Source: Promethearchaeia archaeon
GTDB lineage: Archaea; Asgardarchaeota; Lokiarchaeia; Sigyniarchaeales; SOKP01
NCBI GenBank assembly: GCA_029856045.1
Contig: JAHQWG010000028.1
Span: 32,001-96,000, forward strand
Direction of reading: 5' to 3'
Length of the DNA: 64,000 nt
The notes under the pieces are model-generated. The model was not told the origin of the DNA, did no database searches, and saw only the letters and a list, made by a program, of their open reading frames with translations. The position numbers were made by a program, and so were the translations under genes. This document shows, in pieces, positions 18,139 through 29,262 of this stretch (its first letter is position 1; each line of letters starts with the position of its first letter).

Positions 18139-19361
18139 TGATTATTCCAAGCATTGATTTGATGAATAATAAGGCAGTTCAACTTCAACAAGGGAAAACA
18201 AAAATATTAGAAAGAGATGATGTTCTTGAATTGGCAAAAGAATTTCAAAAATATGGAGAAATTGCGGTTATTGATCTTGATGCAGCCCTCAATCAAGGTG
18301 ATAATATTGAACTCATTAAAAAAATTTTAAAAGTTGCGGAGTGTCGTGTTGGAGGTGGAATTCGCACACTTAAAAAGGCAAATCAAATTTTACAATGGGG
18401 TGCAAAAAAAATTTTTATTGGAACTAAAGCATACCCCACATTTCTAAAGGAATTACCTAAAGATCGAATAATTGTTGCAATTGATACGAGGAATAATGTT
18501 GTTGTAAATGAAGGTTGGACAAAACCCACACAAAAGACACCTAAAATGATGATTAAAGAATTAGAAAAATATTGCTCTGAATTTTTATTTACAAATATAA
18601 ATATGGAAGGATTGATGAAAGGGATTGATTTCGATTTAGTTAGAGAATTAAGACAATTAACTAAAAATGAATTTACCGTTGCAGGGGGAATTACAAATCT
18701 TGATGAAATCAGATTTTTAGAGAAATTAAATTGTAATTCACAAATAGGAATGGCAATATACACAGGAAGATTAAATCTTATGGATGCTTTCATCGCAGTT
18801 CTTGATTTTAAAAAAAATAACGGATTAATTCCAACAATTGTGCAAGAGAAAAACGGACAAGTACTAATGCTTGCATATTCCTCAAAGGAATCTTTAAAAC
18901 AAACATTTCAATCAAGAAAAGCAACATATTATAGTCGAACTCGAGAAAAAATTTGGATAAAAGGTGAAACATCAAATAATCATCAAGAATTAATCTATGC
19001 AAGATATGATTGCGATAAAGATACAATACTTTTCAAGGTTAAACAACATAATTTTGCTTGCCATCTGGGACGATATTCTTGTTTTGAACAAAAAAACTTT
19101 ACATTAAATGAGTTATTTGATGTTATCAATTCAAGGTTAAAGGTATATTCAAAAGATTCATATACATCACAAATATCACAAGATGAAGAGAAAATCAAAG
19201 CAAAAATCTTGGAAGAGACAAAGGAAATTTTAAATTATACATCGGTAGACAATCTCATTTGGGAAATCGCTGATTTAACCTACTTCATTCTGGTTTTAAT
19301 GGCAAAGAAAGGGATTTCTCTTAATGATATTAAAAATGAACTATGGAGACGACGAAAATGA
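18138..19361 (+). CDS. hisA: Trifunctional HisA-HisI-HisE fusion
   Basis: [24 protein letters not shown] (HisA); YYSRTR..KGETS..DCDKD..ACHLGRYSCF (HisI); SYT..KILEE..WEIADL (HisE). Confidence 0.9.
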   Translation: MIIPSIDLMNNKAVQLQQGKTKILERDDVLELAKEFQKYGEIAVIDLDAALNQGDNIELIKKILKVAECRVGGGIRTLKKANQILQWGAKKIFIGTKAYPTFLKELPKDRIIVAIDTRNNVVVNEGWTKPTQKTPKMMIKELEKYCSEFLFTNINMEGLMKGIDFDLVRELRQLTKNEFTVAGGITNLDEIRFLEKLNCNSQIGMAIYTGRLNLMDAFIAVLDFKKNNGLIPTIVQEKNGQVLMLAYSSKESLKQTFQSRKATYYSRTREKIWIKGETSNNHQELIYARYDCDKDTILFKVKQHNFACHLGRYSCFEQKNFTLNELFDVINSRLKVYSKDSYTSQISQDEEKIKAKILEETKEILNYTSVDNLIWEIADLTYFILVLMAKKGISLNDIKNELWRRRK

Positions 19362-20395
19362 CTGGTATTCAAATTCAGATGGGAATTCCATCTAAGGGAA
19401 GGATGGGACAGGAAACTGAAAATTTTTTGAATAAATGTGGATTGACAGTAATTCGAAGAAAACGAGAATATCTAGGAAGTATTTTGACAATTCCGGAGAT
19501 TCAACTAATTTTTCAAAGACAAAAGGACATTCTTCGTGGAGTAGAAAATGAGTCTTTAAGTTTTGGAATTATTGGATATGATTTATTAAAAGAATATGCT
19601 AGTTTAACTGGAAATGAAGTTGTAATTCTCCATGACGGACTTGGATTTGGAAAATGTACATTAGAGCTTGCAATTCCTGAAGGATGGAAAGAAGATTCTC
19701 TTGTACAAATTCTTAAGAATAAAAAGAAAATTCGTATTGCAACAAAATACACTCGGCTTGCAAGCCAATTTAAAGAAGTATGCAAGAACCAATTTGAAAT
19801 TATTAATGGAAATGGTTCTATTGAAGTATTCCCAACATTAGGATATTCTGATGCAATAATTGATTTAGTTTCAACTGGGCAAACAATTAAAGATAATCGA
19901 TTGAAACGCATAAGTGGAGGAATAATTCTCAAATCTCAAGCAATCTTCATTGGAAATCGAAAAATGCTTAAAAATCCCAAAATTTTAGCAGTCGCTAAAG
20001 AAATACTTGAATATTTTGAAGCAACAATACGTGCTAATGAATATCTTCAAATTTTTGCAAATATGAAAGAATCTGATCCAAAAAAGATAGCTCAAGCACT
20101 TTTTTCAATTCCTGAATTAGTAGGATTACAAGGACCAACAATTTCACCAGTTTACAAAAAAGATGGGACACTATGGAATGCAATTCACATTATTGTCAAA
20201 AAGAATCAGCTTCAAGAAGCTATTCAATCGCTCAGAAAAATTGGAGGTAGTGGAGTAATTGTTTCACCAGCCTTGTATATTTTTGAAGAAGAACCACCGC
20301 AATACCTTAATCTATTACGTGAAATGCAAAATGAATTAAAAAATAATGGAAAAGGATGTGAGGAAAATGGAGATCCTAACCTTAAAATATTATAA
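19358..20395 (+). CDS. hisG: ATP phosphoribosyltransferase, long form
   Basis: IPSKGRM, LGFGKC, IATKY, IIDLVSTGQTIKDNRL, C-terminal GLQGPTISP regulatory domain; ATGA overlap with the upstream gene. Confidence 0.95.
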   Translation: MTGIQIQMGIPSKGRMGQETENFLNKCGLTVIRRKREYLGSILTIPEIQLIFQRQKDILRGVENESLSFGIIGYDLLKEYASLTGNEVVILHDGLGFGKCTLELAIPEGWKEDSLVQILKNKKKIRIATKYTRLASQFKEVCKNQFEIINGNGSIEVFPTLGYSDAIIDLVSTGQTIKDNRLKRISGGIILKSQAIFIGNRKMLKNPKILAVAKEILEYFEATIRANEYLQIFANMKESDPKKIAQALFSIPELVGLQGPTISPVYKKDGTLWNAIHIIVKKNQLQEAIQSLRKIGGSGVIVSPALYIFEEEPPQYLNLLREMQNELKNNGKGCEENGDPNLKIL

Positions 20396-21617
20396 ACATA
20401 AGCATTTTGATTATGCAGAAATGTTTGAATTAAAAAAAGTTAGAAAAATTTTAAAATCAGTAAAAAGAAATGGAGATTCCGCAATCAAGCACTATACAAA
20501 ACAATTTGATAAAATTAATTTAGAGAAAATTCAAATTCCAGAAGAAAAAATTACAGAAATTTACAAATCTGCTGATCCAAAATTAATTGAACTTCTACAA
20601 TATGCTACAAATCGAATACAACTTTTTGCATCAAAACAACTAGAATCTTTCAAAAATCTTGAAATAAAGATTGAAGATTCAATCATTGGACATAAAATTG
20701 TGCCTATACAAAAAGTAGGATGCTATGTTCCCGGAGGACGTTTTCCTCTTATTTCTACTGCATTGATGACAGTCATTCCTGCAAAAGTAGCTGGAGTGAA
20801 GGAAATATTTGTATGTTCCCCAAAAATTCATTCAATAACAATACTTGCAGCAAAAATTGCTGGTGCGGATCGAATATTCAATATGGGAGGAGTACAGGCA
20901 ATAGCTGCTTTTGCATTCGGAACTGAATCTGTACCAAAAGTCGATAAAATTGTTGGACCTGGTAATAAATATGTTACAGCTGCAAAAAAAGAAGTATACG
21001 GAACAGTGGGAATTGATTTTCTTGCAGGACCTAGTGAAATATTAATTATTGCAGACGAAACGGCTATACCAGAATTTATTGCTGCAGATCTTCTTGCACA
21101 AGCAGAACATGATCCAAATTCTATTCCGGAACTAATTACAACATCTCCTCAACTTGCAGCAAAAGTCAATCAGCAACTAAAATTTCAACTTTCTAATTTA
21201 ACTACAAAAAAAACTGCAGAAAGTGCATTAAAGAATGGAAAAATAATTCTTACAGATTCTATACTAGAAACTGTAAAAATTTCAAATATTATCGCTCCAG
21301 AACATTTAGAAATTCATATTTCCAATCCAGATCTAATAATTGATAAATTATATAATTATGGTTCCTTATTCATTGGGAATTATTCCGCGGAAACATTTGG
21401 AGACTATTGTAGCGGAACTAACCATATACTTCCTACAAATGGGGCAGCACGTTACACAGGAGGATTATCTGTAAAAAATTTCATTAAAATCCAAACTTAT
21501 CAAAAAATTGGCAAGAAAGATGCAAAAAAAATAAGTCAAATTACAGAAAATCTTGCAGAAATAGAAGGATTATATGCACATAAAAATGCATCAATAATTC
21601 GTTTTAAATCTTTGTGA
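20367..21617 (+). CDS. hisD: Histidinol dehydrogenase
   Basis: [47 protein letters not shown]. Confidence 0.96.
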   Translation: MEILTLKYYKHKHFDYAEMFELKKVRKILKSVKRNGDSAIKHYTKQFDKINLEKIQIPEEKITEIYKSADPKLIELLQYATNRIQLFASKQLESFKNLEIKIEDSIIGHKIVPIQKVGCYVPGGRFPLISTALMTVIPAKVAGVKEIFVCSPKIHSITILAAKIAGADRIFNMGGVQAIAAFAFGTESVPKVDKIVGPGNKYVTAAKKEVYGTVGIDFLAGPSEILIIADETAIPEFIAADLLAQAEHDPNSIPELITTSPQLAAKVNQQLKFQLSNLTTKKTAESALKNGKIILTDSILETVKISNIIAPEHLEIHISNPDLIIDKLYNYGSLFIGNYSAETFGDYCSGTNHILPTNGAARYTGGLSVKNFIKIQTYQKIGKKDAKKISQITENLAEIEGLYAHKNASIIRFKSL

Positions 21618-21622
21618 AGATT

Positions 21623-22070
21623 TTGGAAGATTTATTATAATATCGCAATCTTTTACAAGTTTTGAAACAAAAAAATCTTTCATAATTAAACCGTCTTCAA
21701 TTATTTCTTTTTCTGGAATTTCTTTTTCAATATGTACGAATTTTATACCTTCTCTATCTCAGATATCAAGAAGTCCTATTTTATTAGCAACAGAAATAAC
21801 ATTTTTTTTTAATTGACCGGGAGAATCACCAATTCTTACAATTTCCATGGACACACCGATGCTTTTTAAATAATTAATAACACCCTCTACAAAAATTGGT
21901 TGAGTACACGCATCTCTGTCAGTAGAAAGCAAGTTTGGCTTTAATAAGATATATTTTGATTCTTTAAAATTAAATAGCAAATCCTTATCAATCAATTAAA
22001 TGGCACTATTAATTGCATCAATAATGCTATCAAAATTTCTTACATTTACAATACTTATTTTAGTTGTCAT
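21623..22070 (-). pseudogene. Truncated, stop-interrupted copy of the DUF362 gene 5' region
   Basis: Aligns to 14055-14502; AAA changed to TAA near 21997 and TGC to TGA at 21759; ends next to the hisD stop. Confidence 0.9.
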
Positions 22071-22134
22071 TGTAAACAGTTAAGGTTTAATTATTGTAAA
22101 AATAATTTTCAAATTCTATTTTCTAATCAAAACT
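21623..22134. repeat. Direct repeat copy 2 right of the his operon
   Basis: Matches 14055-14566. Confidence 0.9.
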
Positions 22135-22830
22135 ATTGAAATTTGCAAATTTAACTCCCTTCCCTTTCATATTAGCCAAAGTTTGGGAGATGTTTCCTTC
22201 TGGTAAATCTATTCCTTTAGTTAAATCAACAATTAAAAATACTTCAAATCCAAAATCAATTCCATCCACTGCTGTGAAATAACAACAATAATCTAATGCG
22301 AGACCACAAATGAAAATTCTTTTAATTTTTAATGATTTCAACAATCCAGAAAGACCAGTTTCGGTTTTTTTATCATTTTCAAGAAAACCAGAGTAGCTAT
22401 CAATTTCTGGATTCATTCCTTTTCGAATAACTGCTCTGGTATGCAATATTTTTAAAGAATTATGAAAATCTGCTCCATGTGTTCCTTGAACGCAGTGATC
22501 AGGCCACAAAACTGGACCAATTGTTTCAGTTTGATATTCATCTCCTGGATTTTTTCCGGGGTGATTACTGGCAAAGGATTTATGAGATTTAGGGTGCCAA
22601 TCTTGCGTCAAAATTATGGAGGCCTCATTTATATAAAATTTTTTGACTATTTGATTAACTCCAGTAATAATTTGATCACCTTCTTCTACGGGTAAGGCAC
22701 CACTTGGCATGAAATCGTTCTGCATATCAACAATAATTAAAGCGTCCTCCTTGGAAATTGTGATATCTTTGACATATTTGATCTCATCAAGATTCAATTT
22801 AATCACTTCTATGAAACTTATAATATTCAA
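22123..22830 (-). CDS. pncA: Nicotinamidase/pyrazinamidase
   Basis: VDMQNDF, QDWHP, WPDHCVQGT, DSYSGF, GLALDYC. Confidence 0.93.
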   Translation of the reverse strand: MNIISFIEVIKLNLDEIKYVKDITISKEDALIIVDMQNDFMPSGALPVEEGDQIITGVNQIVKKFYINEASIILTQDWHPKSHKSFASNHPGKNPGDEYQTETIGPVLWPDHCVQGTHGADFHNSLKILHTRAVIRKGMNPEIDSYSGFLENDKKTETGLSGLLKSLKIKRIFICGLALDYCCYFTAVDGIDFGFEVFLIVDLTKGIDLPEGNISQTLANMKGKGVKFANFNSFD

Positions 22831-22979
22831 ACTTTTTAGTTATTATGTATTAGAAAACTCAAAAATTTAAAAAATAAAATGTATATAGGATTTCATTTTT
22901 TCCCCCCCGAAGAAAACACTTTAAAAAAGAGTTATGTATAAATATCTATAAATTCAAAACTTTTCTTAGGTGATTTAAT

Positions 22980-24710
22980 ATGTTAGATAAAAAAAATAGA
23001 ATTAGGCTTATATCGGTATTATTTATTTTATTTGTATTTATTTTTCAAACGTTGTTCATTATTCAAATAAATACCTCAAATAATTATCCAAATAATTTTT
23101 TGAACTCAACTGAAGTGGAAAAAAATGTGAACATTCGTCCTTCAGCTGAGGAATCATATACTGAACAATGGCTTGGAAATCCTACTTTTGATTCTCCAAT
23201 AGAACCATGGTTTTTACTTGAGGAAGGCGATTTATCGGATGTACAAGCAACTACAAGTCAGAACCAAGGGAATTTAGGAGTTTTGGGAGAGGCGAGAGAA
23301 TTTTCTTTAGTTGTAGACCCCTCAAACGCAATAGAATTGGCAAAATGGGAGACTTTTAAAAAATCTGAATTCGACCTCTATCCACATTCTCATGGTATTA
23401 ATTCATCTGGTTTTTATACTTCACATTTTTGGAAAGAAAGCGGTGGTGGTCAAGATGAAAATACTCCCGCTGTGCGTTGGAAAAGAAATATTACGATGGA
23501 TGTTGAAATGTCAGATTATATAATAACCTCTGCTTCAATCGAGGCACAGTTTAACGCGACAGTTCAAGCTAAAACTCTTACTAATGGTGGTATAGAAGTC
23601 CCTAATGATTATACGAGTGATGAGATGGGCGGATCACAAAATGATACATTGGACCATGCAAGATTTAGTGTTGAGATTTCTAACTTGGAATGCACAAAAA
23701 AATTCGAATTAGCACATAATCAAACTCGCTATTTAGGAGATGACGATGTTATTGGAACTTGGGACAGTTTACCGGATACTCCAATGACAAATAATGTAGA
23801 TGAAGAAGTTTTAATAGCATATTTAACATCAATTTTAGATGATGATCCTTTTCATAAGTCATTTACAATTATTCTAGGAATAGATATTTATTGTGCAGAT
23901 AATTATTTCAGTAGTGATCAAGATAATTGGCAATCTTTAATCATTAGGTATCTTAATTTAACATTTACTTACGAAAAAAAGATAGATCAACTTACAACTG
24001 TTTCTTGGAACCAGATTGGAGATAAATTAAATGATAGAATTTCTGATATCCCAAATGCAACTATTGATGTAAAAAATGCAACACTTAATTTTAGACATAA
24101 AATTGATCAAACTTGGTCCAGTTCATCCCCAAATTCCGAAATCAGAATTAAAATTGGTAATAATAAGCATACGGAAACAATTAAATTAAGTTCTGCAAGC
24201 ACCTCTTTTCAGGAAGCAAAATCTGGAGGATTTGATGTAACTTCCTTAATTTTGAAAGATGTGAATCTTTCACTTTCAATTCAAGTATTTCTGGCAGATG
24301 AATTCGGCTTAGACAGAAATATTACAATTTCAATAGATGATGTTTATCTTTATATTTCATACATTATTTTTACTCCAGACACCCCATTGGAACCAGGACC
24401 AGATTTGAGTTGGCTCATTTATTTATTAATTATTGCAATAATCGCTCTAATTACTATTTTTACTCTATATCAACTGCATTTTAAATATCCTCCGATGGTA
24501 AGGAAAACCAGAAAATTAAGAAAAAAAATTAGAAAGGGAAAACGAGCAAAACCAATATTAATTCATAAACGAGAAGATATTGTTAAAAATCATGTTCAAA
24601 ATCTATTACAAATATTAAAAGTAGAACCAAAACAACCAGAGATTATTGATAAAGGGGAAAAAATTTCTCAAAAAGTAAAAATCAAACAATTACAGAAGGA
24701 GGAGAAATAA
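22980..24710 (+). CDS. Cell-surface protein with N-terminal signal/TM and C-terminal TM plus basic tail
   Basis: Hydrophobic N-terminus, beta-rich S/T/D/N ectodomain with many N-x-S/T sites, TM followed by FKYPPMVRKTRKLRKKI. Confidence 0.75.
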   Translation: MLDKKNRIRLISVLFILFVFIFQTLFIIQINTSNNYPNNFLNSTEVEKNVNIRPSAEESYTEQWLGNPTFDSPIEPWFLLEEGDLSDVQATTSQNQGNLGVLGEAREFSLVVDPSNAIELAKWETFKKSEFDLYPHSHGINSSGFYTSHFWKESGGGQDENTPAVRWKRNITMDVEMSDYIITSASIEAQFNATVQAKTLTNGGIEVPNDYTSDEMGGSQNDTLDHARFSVEISNLECTKKFELAHNQTRYLGDDDVIGTWDSLPDTPMTNNVDEEVLIAYLTSILDDDPFHKSFTIILGIDIYCADNYFSSDQDNWQSLIIRYLNLTFTYEKKIDQLTTVSWNQIGDKLNDRISDIPNATIDVKNATLNFRHKIDQTWSSSSPNSEIRIKIGNNKHTETIKLSSASTSFQEAKSGGFDVTSLILKDVNLSLSIQVFLADEFGLDRNITISIDDVYLYISYIIFTPDTPLEPGPDLSWLIYLLIIAIIALITIFTLYQLHFKYPPMVRKTRKLRKKIRKGKRAKPILIHKREDIVKNHVQNLLQILKVEPKQPEIIDKGEKISQKVKIKQLQKEEK

Positions 24711-25838
24711 ATGCCCCGTGGGTATATTATAACAAAATGGACAGAAGACGAAGGGTTAGTCGCTGAGATCAGCTATCCAGAAGGATTAGAAGTGGATTTG
24801 GATGATATGATGCGAGTTTTCTATGCACACATTACAGGCGCAGGGGAAGCGGGTAGCGTATTAGTAAGACTTGAAAAAGTACATTCTAACGTGTTCAGTT
24901 ATTTTACTGGTATGGAATCAGAGACGCCTTTAATGATAAATTTAATGTTAGAATTAGGAGAAGACCCTGACATGTTTGGTGATGCGGTGATACAAGAAAT
25001 AAATGATACTATTTTATCTTATATTCATCAGAAGGGAACAACTGTTTCTCAGGCTTATGAAATTGTAAAAAAATTAAAAGATTATTTAAAAAATGCATTA
25101 TTTCTTTTAGAGCGTTTAAAAAATCTGACAAAAGAACAAAGGTTGGCACAAATATATAGTAGCGAAAAAGGAAGGAAAATTTTAAAAATTTTACAAGAGA
25201 GAGCACGATCCAGAAAAGAATTACAAGCGATTTTAGAAGTGGAGTTAGGGAAAATTATCTCTAATCTTGAAATAACTTTAGATCCTTTTATTAAGACAGA
25301 TCTTGTAAAACAAGAGTGGATTGAAGGTACATCAGATATTACTTTATTCCTTCTTTCTGATTTTACTTTGTTAAGAACTCCAGTTGTTAAATTAATTGAA
25401 GAAGCTAAAAAAAATCGTCCAACTTCTGAATTAGCGAAAAAATATCTTGAAGAAGTTCAAGGATTCTTTTCAATATACAATCCATCATTTGTAGATAATA
25501 TTAAAATTGCACATAATATGATGAATCCCGATAAATATGATTTTATTACACTATTCAGGGAAAGAGCTTACCCTTTAAATAAAATACCTAAAGGATCAGG
25601 GTCGAGTTTTGTTGAGATTAGTGAATTAATAAAATCAATGGAGAAAGATCATATTATCAAAATTATAAAAGACAGTAAAAATATTGAATGGGTCTTTTTA
25701 TTAACGGATGTATCTGTTCAAACCTTTTATCCGGAATATTTAATTGAAAAAATCCGAAGCGATCGAATGGAAGGAAAATTAAAGAAAGAGATTGCAATTA
25801 AACATTTGGAATTACTTGAGAAAGTATATACAAAATAG
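24711..25838 (+). CDS. Hypothetical protein with putative N-terminal longin/uDENN-like domain and winged helices
   Basis: YIITKWTEDEGLVAEISYP is a uDENN-like start; later WH-like helical pattern. Confidence 0.5.
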   Translation: MPRGYIITKWTEDEGLVAEISYPEGLEVDLDDMMRVFYAHITGAGEAGSVLVRLEKVHSNVFSYFTGMESETPLMINLMLELGEDPDMFGDAVIQEINDTILSYIHQKGTTVSQAYEIVKKLKDYLKNALFLLERLKNLTKEQRLAQIYSSEKGRKILKILQERARSRKELQAILEVELGKIISNLEITLDPFIKTDLVKQEWIEGTSDITLFLLSDFTLLRTPVVKLIEEAKKNRPTSELAKKYLEEVQGFFSIYNPSFVDNIKIAHNMMNPDKYDFITLFRERAYPLNKIPKGSGSSFVEISELIKSMEKDHIIKIIKDSKNIEWVFLLTDVSVQTFYPEYLIEKIRSDRMEGKLKKEIAIKHLELLEKVYTK

Positions 25839-25857
25839 GAGGAGGAGAAAATTTAAG

Positions 25858-27336
25858 ATGTCTTATGAAAAAAATGAATTTAAATCAACCAAAAAAGCGT
25901 TAGAACTTATTGGATTGGCTCCTGATGAGATTAATACCTTTTTTAATATAACTGGAAGAGGTCCCGTAATGGTTGGAGAAATTGCTCTATTATCGAAAGT
26001 AACTGAAGAACGCGCAATGGAAATTGCAAATAATTTACTTGAGAAAGGACTGGTAAGAGTAATTCCTGGGAAAACCCCCCATTATATGGCATTACCCCCA
26101 TATATAGCACTTTTAACTCAAATCCGCCAATTTAAAGAATCAATAAAAGGAATACAACAATCAACCCCTCAAAATTTGCAACAAAGATTTCAAAGCATCG
26201 AGCAACAATCATCAAAGCTCCAAAAATTTGAAGATTATAGAAAATATCTTCAAGAAATGAAAAAAACATTACCAGATCAAATTAAAACGCAATTCAATAA
26301 ATTTGAGAAAGAACTTGAACAAGTGAAAAAGTTTCACCAAGTTAAACAATTTATTCTAAATCTAAAAGAAATTGTTCCCGCAGATATTTTAAAAGAATTT
26401 GAGAAAATGGAAAGTCGTTTAGAAAATATTAAATCCGAAATATCCAATGCTTTTGAAAAGCAGTTTCGAATCGGAGCATTAAAAAGTTTTGCAGAAAAAA
26501 TCACTTCCCGAATAATTTCAAAACAATTTCAAGAAATGACTGTCTCTTTGCGTAATAGATTTGTAGAAACTACTCAGAATATGTTGGATCAAGTTATAAA
26601 ACAATTAGGAACTATTTCAGACACCGCTGGTGAAATTAGTACTGATTTAGGAACGACATTTGAAGAGATTGAATCTGGATTAATAGAAACTTTAAATGGA
26701 TTAGAAAGCCGAATTACGGAGGTTTATGACGACATTGTCAGTGGAATTGAAGAATTGAAAAATACTTTCCAGAAAGAAATTTTTGAAACCCTTCAAGATG
26801 ATATAATACAAAATATTATCAACCAGATGGAAATGTCTGAAGAAACAATGAATGAATTCTGGGAACGATCTAAAAAGGCTTCGATGCTTACTTTTAAAGA
26901 CGTTTGGTTTGTCAGAAGCCCAGAGGGTATGATGGCACAAATTAATGACTTAATATCTCGAGTAAAAATGAGATTCTACATAATCGCACCTAAAATAGAA
27001 AATATTGATATGGTCGCGCTTACTAGTACAAAACCACGTATTAATATAAGAATATCAACCAATTTTAACCTTAGTAATCCATCTCATGTATCTATAATCA
27101 ATCAAATTGAGCAATATCCAAACATTACCATAAGATATTATCCAAGAGAAAATTTATGGGCAATCAATAAAGATTTTGAAGAGGTGGTTGTGTGTGTGAC
27201 CTCAACTACTGATAATGGAAAAATAGAAATAGCCGGAATGGGTTCCGTTCTTGATGAACATATTAAATTATTTGCCGCAGTTTTAGAAGATATTTGGATT
27301 CAAAGTAAAAAACTTGATATGTTAGGAGTAGGATAA
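25858..27336 (+). CDS. TrmB-like protein: N-terminal wHTH, long helical linker, C-terminal PLD-like effector domain
   Basis: IGLAPDEINTF...GEIALLSKV...LLEKGLVRVIPGKTPHYMALPP; VWFVRSPEG...DFEEVVV; AGGAGGAG RBS before ATG 25858. Confidence 0.7.
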   Translation: MSYEKNEFKSTKKALELIGLAPDEINTFFNITGRGPVMVGEIALLSKVTEERAMEIANNLLEKGLVRVIPGKTPHYMALPPYIALLTQIRQFKESIKGIQQSTPQNLQQRFQSIEQQSSKLQKFEDYRKYLQEMKKTLPDQIKTQFNKFEKELEQVKKFHQVKQFILNLKEIVPADILKEFEKMESRLENIKSEISNAFEKQFRIGALKSFAEKITSRIISKQFQEMTVSLRNRFVETTQNMLDQVIKQLGTISDTAGEISTDLGTTFEEIESGLIETLNGLESRITEVYDDIVSGIEELKNTFQKEIFETLQDDIIQNIINQMEMSEETMNEFWERSKKASMLTFKDVWFVRSPEGMMAQINDLISRVKMRFYIIAPKIENIDMVALTSTKPRINIRISTNFNLSNPSHVSIINQIEQYPNITIRYYPRENLWAINKDFEEVVVCVTSTTDNGKIEIAGMGSVLDEHIKLFAAVLEDIWIQSKKLDMLGVG

Positions 27337-27489
27337 AACATTTTTAGGTAATTATTTTAGCCTTTTCAAAACTTTTTATTAATTATTATACTAATATTAA
27401 TAATATCCTAAATATAATACAATTTTAATAGGATAAAAAACGTAATTTATATTAATTAAATAATTGAAAAAAATTTGATGACGTAAAAA

Positions 27490-29259
27490 ATGTACCATAT
27501 AGACGGATCAGACTATTTGAAAGAAAAATGGTATTCTAGAACTATAAGTGTATGTCCAGAATGCATGAAAAGAATCCCCGCAGAACATATTGAAGAGGAT
27601 GGCAAAATTTGGATGCATAAAACATGCCCGGAACATGGCGATTTCAAGGACCTAATTTCATCCTCTGCAAAATATTACAAATGGACGCACTATAAGACAG
27701 ATAAATGGAGCTTTCTTAAAAATGGAGAAGCAAATCCGCCAGATTGTGAAGCAACAGATCCAAGAGGTTGCCCATGGAATTGTGGACTTTGCCCAGAGCA
27801 TTTGTCCACATGTTCGCTGGCATTGATAGATTTAACCAACAGATGTAATTTTAATTGTAATTTTTGCTATGCGAACGTTAGCAAGGCGGGATATCTTGTT
27901 GAGCCATCCCTTGAAGAGATTGATAGGATTATGGCACATTTCCGAGGAAAACCAATTCCTGCCAATGCGATAATGTTTACAGGGGGCGAGCCCACAGTTA
28001 GGAAAGATTTCCCAGAAATTTGTGCTATGGCAAAAAAGCACGGCTTCAAGGAGGTAATAGTTGCAACAAATGGATACGGATTTCAGAAAAAAAATGGTGG
28101 TCTCGAGTTTACCAAGGAATGTTATGAAAAAGGACTCGATACATTATATTTTCAATTTGATGGAATAAATAATGAGACATATGAGAAAACACGTGGCATT
28201 AAAAATTTAATGCCATATAAAGAAAGAGTTATGGAAAATTGCAGAAAAGCGGAGCTAACATCGATTGTTTTAGTTGCTACGATTGCCAGAGGTGTCACAG
28301 ATGTAGAGGTTGGGAATATTATTCAATACGCTATAGATAACATTGATATAGTTCGGGGAATAACATTTCAACCTGTATCTTTGTGCGGGAGAATTTCTTT
28401 TGAGGAAATGACAGATTTAAGGATTACAAATGCTGATGTAATTCAAGAGATTGACAAACAGACGGGTGGAACTGTAAGTATTGAGAATGCATGGTATCCA
28501 TTATCAACAATAGTTGAATTGGGAAGGATAATGTCATTTTTAGCAGGTGTAGAGCCTATTGAATTCACATGTCATCCAGATTGCGGTTTTTCCACATATT
28601 TAGTAGTAGATCCGGAAACAAATACAATGGTTCCAATAATGGATTACTTTGACCCGCTTAAAATCATTGATTTTGCTAATCAATTCTGGGAAAAAATCAA
28701 AAATAAAGAAAAAGAGCCCATAAAGATATTCACGGATTTATTAGGTAATTTTGGTGATGCAGGCAAATCTTTCGGAGAAACATTGGATAAAGGTGCAAAT
28801 TGGTTAGATATGCAACAATTAAGAACTAGATTTTTAATTGGAATGTTACAATATACTAAAAAACCAGGAAAATTAATGGATATGTTTACCAGAGTATTAC
28901 TTAATGCAAGATGGGATAGTATAAGCTCATTCTCACATGGTACACTGCTTATATCAAGTATGCATTTCCAAGATGTTTATAATTTCGATGTAGAAAGAGC
29001 TAAAAGGTGTATTGTTCATTTTGGTATTGCAATGCCTGATGGCACAGTAAAGGAGTGTTCTTTCTGCACAATGAATACATTTCATAGACCTCAAATAGAG
29101 AAAGCTATTGCGAAAAAATTAACAGAAAAAGTAAGAAATGAATTCGATACAACAACGGGAAAGGTTAAGGGAGAAATAATCTCAAAAGAAGAAATAATTA
29201 GTGAAATCCAGCCCAATGGTGGAATACCAAAAAGAGAAGACAGGGAGGATGAAATTTAA
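27490..29259 (+). CDS. tes: Tetraether lipid synthase (Tes/GDGT-MAS, MJ0619-type radical SAM)
   Basis: TISVCPEC...KTCPEHG; GCPWNCGLCPEH; LTNRCNFNCNFCYA; FTCHPDCG; MHFQDVYNFDVERAKRCIVH; FCTMN. Confidence 0.85.
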   Translation: MYHIDGSDYLKEKWYSRTISVCPECMKRIPAEHIEEDGKIWMHKTCPEHGDFKDLISSSAKYYKWTHYKTDKWSFLKNGEANPPDCEATDPRGCPWNCGLCPEHLSTCSLALIDLTNRCNFNCNFCYANVSKAGYLVEPSLEEIDRIMAHFRGKPIPANAIMFTGGEPTVRKDFPEICAMAKKHGFKEVIVATNGYGFQKKNGGLEFTKECYEKGLDTLYFQFDGINNETYEKTRGIKNLMPYKERVMENCRKAELTSIVLVATIARGVTDVEVGNIIQYAIDNIDIVRGITFQPVSLCGRISFEEMTDLRITNADVIQEIDKQTGGTVSIENAWYPLSTIVELGRIMSFLAGVEPIEFTCHPDCGFSTYLVVDPETNTMVPIMDYFDPLKIIDFANQFWEKIKNKEKEPIKIFTDLLGNFGDAGKSFGETLDKGANWLDMQQLRTRFLIGMLQYTKKPGKLMDMFTRVLLNARWDSISSFSHGTLLISSMHFQDVYNFDVERAKRCIVHFGIAMPDGTVKECSFCTMNTFHRPQIEKAIAKKLTEKVRNEFDTTTGKVKGEIISKEEIISEIQPNGGIPKREDREDEI

Positions 29260-29262
29260 ATT

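Noticed and set aside
21759-21995. 78-aa ORF as a real gene
   Set aside because: It is the stretch between two stops of the DUF362 pseudogene
14055-22134. Transposon or integrative element carrying his genes
   Set aside because: No transposase, integrase or terminal inverted repeats; the flanks are duplicated host genes
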